Below are positions 56,866-64,000 of a stretch of DNA of 64,000 nucleotides, piece after piece. The stretch's first letter is position 1. Every line of letters starts with the position of its first letter. The translations under genes and the position numbers were made by a program. The notes beneath the pieces are model-generated. The model saw only the letters and a list, made by a program, of their open reading frames with translations, was not told the origin of the DNA and did no database searches. Source of the DNA: Neophaeotheca triangularis (taxonomy: Eukaryota); the NCBI GenBank assembly GCA_054600435.1, contig BAAIJX010000003.1:620001-684000 (forward strand). The letters are read 5' to 3'.

Positions 56866-57207
56866 GCGGACGTTCAGTTTGTCTCACAAGTGGATATAGT
56901 TGTGAAGTCTGAATGATACTGGCTTGAAGGCACATAAAAGCACTTTACAGGTGCATGTGGCTTCAATGTCCATGGCCATACTCAGAAGCACATTACGAAG
57001 GATTGAATTCATGAACATAGGCTTCACAAAGTCAGAACGCTGATTGTCGATGAAAAAGAGCATCAAAATTGCTATGTAGTCGCGATCTGCTATCAGACCC
57101 TCTGCTACATATCGTGACATTTGTTTTCCGAGTCTTTTCCCGCATTCTGTAATTGAAAGGCGTGACGATTGCCATCAACCTCATCTCTAAGCGCAGGCAA
57201 GGCCCGC

Positions 57208-57993
57208 CTACTCTCCAGTTGAGCTTCCGGGCGCAGGCACAGATGTAGGATCAGCGACAAAGACGACATCGACCCGGTGCTTCATCTTGACCTCCTGCGC
57301 CTCGAAATCAAGCTCACTCTCGTCCTGAGACAACTGCTCGCCGCCACCAGAAGCGCGCCCGACACTACTACCAAACGAACCTGAACCCTCCGCCTGCAGT
57401 AGCCGCTTGACATACACCGGACGGGTCGAGGGCCCACCGCCCTCGTGCAATTCCACTGGCCGCAGATTGATACAACCGAGCACGCGGCAATAATCCTGCG
57501 CCTTGGCCACGGCGTCCCGTGAAGCCTCCCGTCGCAGCCGCGAATGGTAGCTCTTTTCCGTTTCGCGCCGGAGTGCCCATTGCAGGCTGTTGATCTGGAC
57601 ATGAGGCAAGACAGTCAGCTCGGTGCTAAAAGGCCCCAAGGCCTCGAAGTCTTGGAAACGAACGTCGAAGCTGACGTGGGCTTTGTAGCTGCGTGGTCCT
57701 TCGGTTTTGGTTTTGGCGTCGTACGGAATGTGAGACGTCGCCGATAGGGAGGTTTTGGACCAGTGCGCTACGGCTGCGGTGGTTTTGGTTTCGCCCGTTT
57801 CGTTCTGCGGTGAGAGCGAGCGGAGCAGGGTTTGGATGTTTTGGGCTGTTGTTATGACTTCGTCGGAGACTGTGGCTTTGTCGGGGCCGCTGCTGGTGAC
57901 GGTTACGTTGAGGAGGGCGCGCTCGGCTTGGTGTGAGACTTCTGCTTCGCCCTGTACGGAGACTTTGAAGGTGTGTGCGGACTCGTGGGACAT
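57208..57993 (-). CDS. SIMPL/DUF541-domain protein
   Basis: VSVQGEAEV...AERALLNV, VRFQDFEAL, LRREASRDAVAKAQDY, VDVVF; ATG at 57993. Confidence 0.75.
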   Translation of the reverse strand: MSHESAHTFKVSVQGEAEVSHQAERALLNVTVTSSGPDKATVSDEVITTAQNIQTLLRSLSPQNETGETKTTAAVAHWSKTSLSATSHIPYDAKTKTEGPRSYKAHVSFDVRFQDFEALGPFSTELTVLPHVQINSLQWALRRETEKSYHSRLRREASRDAVAKAQDYCRVLGCINLRPVELHEGGGPSTRPVYVKRLLQAEGSGSFGSSVGRASGGGEQLSQDESELDFEAQEVKMKHRVDVVFVADPTSVPAPGSSTGE

Positions 57994-58512
57994 GGTGGCT
58001 TTTGAGGGTGGCCTGGGTGGTAATGTTGTGGCCAGTTTGATTTGAGGGTTGCGATTGGATTGAGATTTCTTGCAGCGTACTTGTCTATAGATCAAGGTGA
58101 TTGCGCAGACTTTTGAGGTGTCTTGAAACGAGAGCGATGCTGTCTGGAAGGAATCACAAAATATATACCATACTCGCTGCTCTCAAGGCAGCAGCTGCGC
58201 CACCTGGTGCTTGGTGCCTGGCCGAGTCTCAATGTCCTACCGTGGTAGTCTACTGGTGGTTTTGCAGTCACATTCACTGGGTGCGATCAAATGCTGCTGT
58301 TGCCTGCACAGCGCATACCTTCAGACACTATGCTAACATGGAGGGAAAAGGGGTACCCCATCGCTGACAGCACTGCTGCGGTCGCCGGATTCGGCTCGGA
58401 CATACAGCTCTCGTAAATGCCGACGTCATGTAGCGACTGATGTTCATCTCGCCTTCAATAAATGTTCGACACTTTCCCTAGCATCCCTGTCACGTTTTTG
58501 AATTTGGGCACC

Positions 58513-59199
58513 ATGTCTGCAAAAGTCGGAATGATACGGCGTCTATGGTACGGATGGAAGTCTCTGAAGCTACCATGGCGACGGCAATTCCTCGTTGGCG
58601 CAGACCTCTCCGGAAACACCTTCTGGGAATTCAAGGACCACATGAACGCATCGCGAATGAGGCGGATTGTACGCTACAACCCTCGAACACATTATGGAGA
58701 CGTCAAGATAAGCCGTAAGTTGCGGAAATTACCGATTGAGACTATGCTCCTAGACTGACAAGGCTCAGCACAATGGCATCAATGGCTTCGACATACGAGG
58801 CCAGAAGCGCCCACCATACAGGAGCAGCAATACGACGTTGCGAGGCAGGAGCAGATGAAGCAATTGGCCGCGAAAGCAGATGAACGATGGAATAGCGTAC
58901 CCTCTTTCCTCGACTCGCCGAAGAAACAGCAGCCGGCACCCGCTATCGGGGTGCAAGATCTAGGAGGATATGTACAGCAAATAGAGCCTACCGAGAATGA
59001 GGGTGTCAAGAGTGCTGTGGATGATGCAGACAAGGTTGAGGCATCTAGCGAGGGCAAAGCGAAAGACGAAGGCAGATTCAAGGGACCGTCAAAGGAAAAG
59101 AAACCAAAAGGCAACCCGTGGCAGAAGCAACAGGGAGCGCCGAGCGAGAATTGGCAGCCACAAGAATGGTCGCCGGGTGCTGCTGCACGACGGGGTTGA
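58513..59199 (+). CDS. NDUFA12-family complex I assembly factor (NDUFAF2-like); intron 58715-58768
   Basis: WKSLKLPWRRQFLVGADLSGNTFWEF...MRRIVRY...ISP / QWHQWLRHTR..PT; C-terminal WQPQEWSP. Confidence 0.85.
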
Positions 59200-59246
59200 A
59201 GGAATCGATTGCGAGTAACATTTGTACAACTATTCAGCGACACCTT

Positions 59247-61231
59247 TCAAGCGACCTCAACCCGAGCACTTTTGCTCTTCTCGCTGTCCTCTCCGTACAC
59301 CACCTGGTCGGGGTCGTCGAGTGCTTTGTCGACATACTCGTGATTCTCCCTGAGGAAGCCGAAGATTTCGTCCATCTGGTCCATGCGCAGCCCGCGCGTT
59401 TCCTGGATGAAGAAGAATGCGTAGATTGCGGCGAAGATGAGCATGGTGGCGAAGAAGATGTACACGCCGTATTCCATGGACGTGTACATTGATGGGAGGG
59501 CTTTGGTGACTGCAAATACAAGGTCAGATGTGCCTGGTATCTCGCGAAATGGAATGCTTTGGAATGAACATACCAATAAAGGTCCACAGCCAGACTGACA
59601 TGCCAGCCCATGGTCCGGAGATACTACGCAGCGAACTAGGGAATATTTCGGAAGAGATGATCCAAGGGAGGCCATTTGCACCGAAGCTCCATGCTGCTCC
59701 GAAGATCATGATGGCGGCCGTGGCCGCTTTACCTCCAGCGACTGTGCTTGCGCTCTGCTCGACGCCTGGCTGTGGGTTTCCAAGCGCGATGTAACCGGCA
59801 AGGTAGTACTGGCAACCAGCGCAGCAAAGCGAGGAAATAATCCAGGGCCACTTTCTGCCAAAAGTATCTATGAAAAAGGTGAAAAAGATGATAGATCCGC
59901 CGGCTTTGATAAGACCGTATACGCCTGTCCAGAGAGTAACATCTGTAAGGCCAATGGATGTGAAGATCGTGGGTGAATCTTCCGCCCTGTCAGCCAGCGC
60001 TCAACCTTTTGAACATTGGCTTGGATAACGACTTACAATAGTTGATTGCAGCAGCGCCACTCCAGCCTATTTCATGATCAGCAACTGCTCCCCAGCCATT
60101 CGAAAGGACCAACGCACCTTGCCACATGAACATGATGAATACCAGCGCGAATCGGTTACGCATGCCCTTCATCGACGACTCTTTGATGGCGCCCTTGAGG
60201 AACGCCCCGAAGGTAGGCCTGTTTCCAGTTGTGACGGATCGCTCGTGGTCTATCTGTCCCTTGATGAAAGCGACGTCCTGGGCAATGTAAATGTGGTCGA
60301 TTGGTAAGTTGCGATAGAAGCTGAGGGATTTGAAGGCCTGCTCGTCCCGGGCCTGCTTCAAGAGCCAAACTGGTGATTCGCGCAGAAAGGGGATGCCGAG
60401 GGCCAAGAGGCCCGCTGGGATGAGCTGAACGCCCACTGCCATGGCGTTAGGTATGTTCATCTTTCTGCACCACCTTTGGACGTACTCGGAATCCGCCATG
60501 CCATGCTCTTATCCGGCGAAATGTTGTGCACAATGCCGTAGTTCTACCCGTTGTAAGCCACTGGGTCAGATGCTGCGCAGATGCTCCACTTACGATCCAA
60601 AATCCAATGACAGCACCAATCTGGTAGGATGACTCGAAACTGTTTGTCGTCAGCAAGACTCATGTTCCAAAGGAATTCTTCACGACGACCTACAATCCAG
60701 TCAGACGACCTCGGATCGCGGGCGGAGCCAGCTCGGAAGTATAGATTGGGCAGACAGCAGCAATGCCACCGACTCCCAGGCCAGTCAGAAGCCTCCCGGC
60801 ATACACTAGCCCCAGCTGGTCCGTTGGCACAGTACACAGAATGGCGCCGACAATGAAGATGGCGTTCGAAATTATAACAGTCATCTTCCGACCGAGGAGT
60901 TCCAGCGAGAAGAACATGAACAGCGCGCCGAAGAAACCGCCGGCAGAATCTGTCCAACCGTCAGTACCATACCCTCGTCTCTCGCTCGCAATCAGCGACA
61001 CCCACAGATGCTTGTTAAATTGCTGCTCACGCTGTTCTTCTCCGACTCAGACATGTCGACGAGGCCAAAATCGCGTTCGAACGACTCTTGCGTGATGGTC
61101 GTTCCAATGAAAGCGGAATCGTACCCATAGGCCATGACGCCCAGGGAGATGATGAGCGAGGCGGCATATACTTTCCAATTGTACACCTCCGGAGGCGTAG
61201 GCCGATCTTCCTTTGCCCGCTGGAAACCCAT
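59247..61231 (-). CDS. MFS sugar-porter, quinate permease (QutD)-like; 8 exons
   Basis: EDRPTPPEVYNW, YGYDSAFIG, LGRK, SELAPPAIRGRL, ESPVWL, SEIFP, ETRG; seven GT-AG introns traced by hand. Confidence 0.9.
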
Positions 61232-62027
61232 GGTTGGAAGTAGTAGGTAATCTTCCTCAAACGCAACGAAAATAGAGCTTCTTGTGAATTATCGCAATGG
61301 CCGGCCTTGAAATGATGCAGCAATTGAGACGCACGCAGTGGACGTTCGGTAGAGACTACAGATGTATATAGTTCATCGGTCCACTCGTTCACGGACCCAG
61401 ACTTGGGATTTTGACTATAACAATTCCCGTTCCACGTGAGATCTAGTCAGTTTTTGCGGAGATGATCCATGTCGCAGCTGGGGCATGGCTGTGGGGTGTC
61501 GCCACAGGTGGATCAAGACATGAGCTACGAGTCGAATCGACTTGATAGCCGTGCCGACAGGCGACGAGGTACCGTGTAGTAGTGCCGCAATAATAATGGA
61601 AGCTTTTACGAAAATATTGGCGATCGCTTCATCAATGCCGAGTCGGGTTATTTTATTTTGACTTTAACGGTTAGCTAAGGCGATCGGCTCGCGTCGCGTC
61701 GGCTGCGTAGCTCTAGCGACGTCCAAAGACCGAGCTTCAACCTCGTCGTAGGTCGGCTCTGGCATATCGATCAGAAGTATGGCAACGACACCACCATCGA
61801 CGGTGATACCGGTCGCCTGGCACGTTGGTCGTTGTTGTGCAGCACATCCGTGACCCGCGCCCTTGTGGGGTTCAGTGGTGTGCTGGTAGCCGGGGTGGAT
61901 CACTGAAGGTAGGCCAGAGTTGCAATAGAAACATCGTCCTTTCCTTGTTTCCTGCATCACTGTACATTTTCGTCCACTCACATCCCATCCCACGGACTTT
62001 CGCCTACCCTTACCAATAGCAAGAATC

Positions 62028-63077
62028 ATGCCTTCCAACGAAAACGGTGTCGGCGCAGCACGGCCGTCGAGCGCAAAGCCCTACCCTCCTGGTGTCCACG
62101 TGCCATCTCTGACCTTCTTCGACGCCTCTACGCGCCAGGAAATCGATTGGCAAATACAGAACAAGCACCTGGACTTTCTGGTCCGCTCGGGTGTTCATGG
62201 AGTTGTCCTAGCTGGTACGAACGGCGAAGCAGTCACGCTCGGACGTTCCGAGAAGAAGGAGCTCGTCCAGGCGACAAGGAAGCTTGCGAATGACGCTGGG
62301 AAGAGGAACATGCCCATCACGCTGGGTACAAGCGGCGGTACCACTAGGGACGTCTTGGATGACTGCACTGCGGCCAAAGAGGCTGGCGCGGACTTCGTTC
62401 TAGTTTTGGTGCCTTCATTCTTTCACTTCGCTATGGTAGGCGATGCGATTTGCGAGTTTTTCGAGGAGGTTGCGGACCACAGTCCAATTCCCGTGGTAAT
62501 ATACAACTTTCCTGGTGTGGCTGCTGGGCTGAATGTGAGCTCTACGCAACTAGATCGATTGGCCAGACATCCGAACATCGTCGGGGTGAAGGTACGGCAA
62601 ACGCAGGAGCACCTTGGGCGCCACGACGGCAAACGCTGACACTTCTGGCAGTTAACTTGTGGTAGTATTGCCAAGGTTACAAGGGCCGCGGCTACGTTTG
62701 AGCCATCTCAATTTTCTGCCCTCGCAGGCCAAAGTGATTGGCTGATACCAGCACTTTCAGTTGGAGGTACTGGCTGCGTAACAGGCGTTGGCAACCTGTA
62801 CCCTGAAGTCTGCGTCGCGATTTACGACCTGTACATGACCGGAAAGATGCAGGAAGCACAGAGGCTGCAGGCTTCCCTTTCGATTGCTGAGCTCGGATTC
62901 GGGGACGGTGGCATCAACGGTACCAAATGGGTGGTTGGCGAGTTGCTTGGCTACCCTGAGGAGTCGAGACATTGTCGGAGACCATACCCGCAGTTCACCA
63001 GCAAGGAAAAGCGCTCTTGGATATTAGATCAGGTCAGAGCTGTGGAGGAAGAGGAGCGCCGGCTTAGTGTCAAGTAA
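62028..63077 (+). CDS. DHDPS/NAL-family class I aldolase; intron 62592-62651
   Basis: PPGVHVPSLTFF, GTNGE, YNFP and Schiff-base Lys in VGVK/LTCG. Confidence 0.9.
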
Positions 63078-63127
63078 TCACTGCGTTCCGGGTTGGCATT
63101 GATTGGCGTCAGGGGTGTTCTGAAGGC

Positions 63128-64000
63128 TCACACCACGGCAAAGGACATGTTGAATAAGTCGACAGACGCTTGACGAACATCAGCTCTTTGCTTCGTTGTG
63201 TCCTGTCTCCTGTGAACCTCTTCCAGCACATCAGCAATGGGTTTCGCATTGCTGGCAACGCTCTGCATTCCACGGATAGCACCGATCATAATTCTTCGTT
63301 CTTCTACGTCCTCTTCTTCACAACATGCCATGAGCAAAGGCCAGATAAAGTTCACCGGTAATGGTTCGTTCGACTGCTCGAACATTCGAACAATGCGCTT
63401 AATTGTTGCCCTTGCTTTCAGAACTTCAGCCGTAGCCGGGAGGTGCTTGTGTGCCACTCTGTGTAGATGTATGTAGCCAGCTTGATAGTTCGCGAAGTAG
63501 GTCCGGTAGCTACGAGTGATCGCCGTCGCAATGTCCTTGGCCAGATGCTTTTCGTTGAGATTTCCTGCAATAGCATGGTCCATTAGAGCTGGCCGCTGTA
63601 CTTCCAACGCTGCAAGGTCTTTCAGGATGATTGAGGCCTCGTGGAAAACCTCTGTCTCGTCTGCTACGGTGTTCCTCGCTCGGTGCCAAGGGTCTATGCG
63701 GCTCACTCTGGCCATTATAGACTGTACACGCTGGTAAAAGACCAAGCCTGGCGTGTACAACATGTCGAACAGGATCTCTTCAATTTCTTGATTGACGTCT
63801 CGAAGAACATTGTTGGATGTTAACTCACTGCTGGCCTTCTTTGGCGTCTCGGGCGAGTAGTTCTCGTGGTCGGTTTCGGTGAGAAATATTCCGTCCCCTC
63901 CAGCAGACGATGCTCTCCCATCAACAAGACGGATCCACGATATAAGTCGCTTTTCGTTCAAGGTGAGCTCCCGGGCCTTGTACAACCGAAGTAGTCCTGC
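63128..64000 (-). CDS. C-terminal part of a fungal-specific transcription factor (Fungal_trans_2-type, probably Zn2Cys6); 5' end outside the window
   Basis: WIRLVDGRASSAGG, IHLHRV and WPLLMACCE motifs; open frame to the window edge. Confidence 0.7.
   Translation of the reverse strand, partial: AGLLRLYKARELTLNEKRLISWIRLVDGRASSAGGDGIFLTETDHENYSPETPKKASSELTSNNVLRDVNQEIEEILFDMLYTPGLVFYQRVQSIMARVSRIDPWHRARNTVADETEVFHEASIILKDLAALEVQRPALMDHAIAGNLNEKHLAKDIATAITRSYRTYFANYQAGYIHLHRVAHKHLPATAEVLKARATIKRIVRMFEQSNEPLPVNFIWPLLMACCEEEDVEERRIMIGAIRGMQSVASNAKPIADVLEEVHRRQDTTKQRADVRQASVDLFNMSFAVV

Overview
Gene-dense (~25 genes), intron-containing fungal genomic DNA from a filamentous ascomycete, probably a Dothideomycete (inferred from gene content and intron signals). 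Left to right: 5' end of an ISWI chromatin remodeller, a two-HKD phospholipase D-family gene, a DUF7053-like gene, a Na+/H+ antiporter, wetA, a HAD hydrolase, U1 snRNP protein C, RACK1/Asc1 with an intronic U24-like snoRNA, several conserved hypothetical genes, a MOT-type molybdate transporter, an SDR, ILV5, TFB5, an F-box-like pseudogene, a large GPI-type surface protein, a membrane pepsin-like protein, an Inn1/Fic1 C2 protein, the Slt2/MpkA MAP kinase, DppIV, a SIMPL-domain gene, an NDUFA12-family gene, and a putative sugar-acid catabolic trio (QutD-like permease, DHDPS-family aldolase, fungal transcription factor). Best find: the U1-C gene only yields its conserved MPKFFCDYCD N-terminus if intron 1 is a non-canonical AT-AC intron with U2-type signals, followed by a 6-nt micro-exon. 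Second: the U24-like snoRNA appears to have a replaced 3' guide. No transposons or CRISPR arrays were recognised. All family calls come from motif recognition by eye, not database searches.
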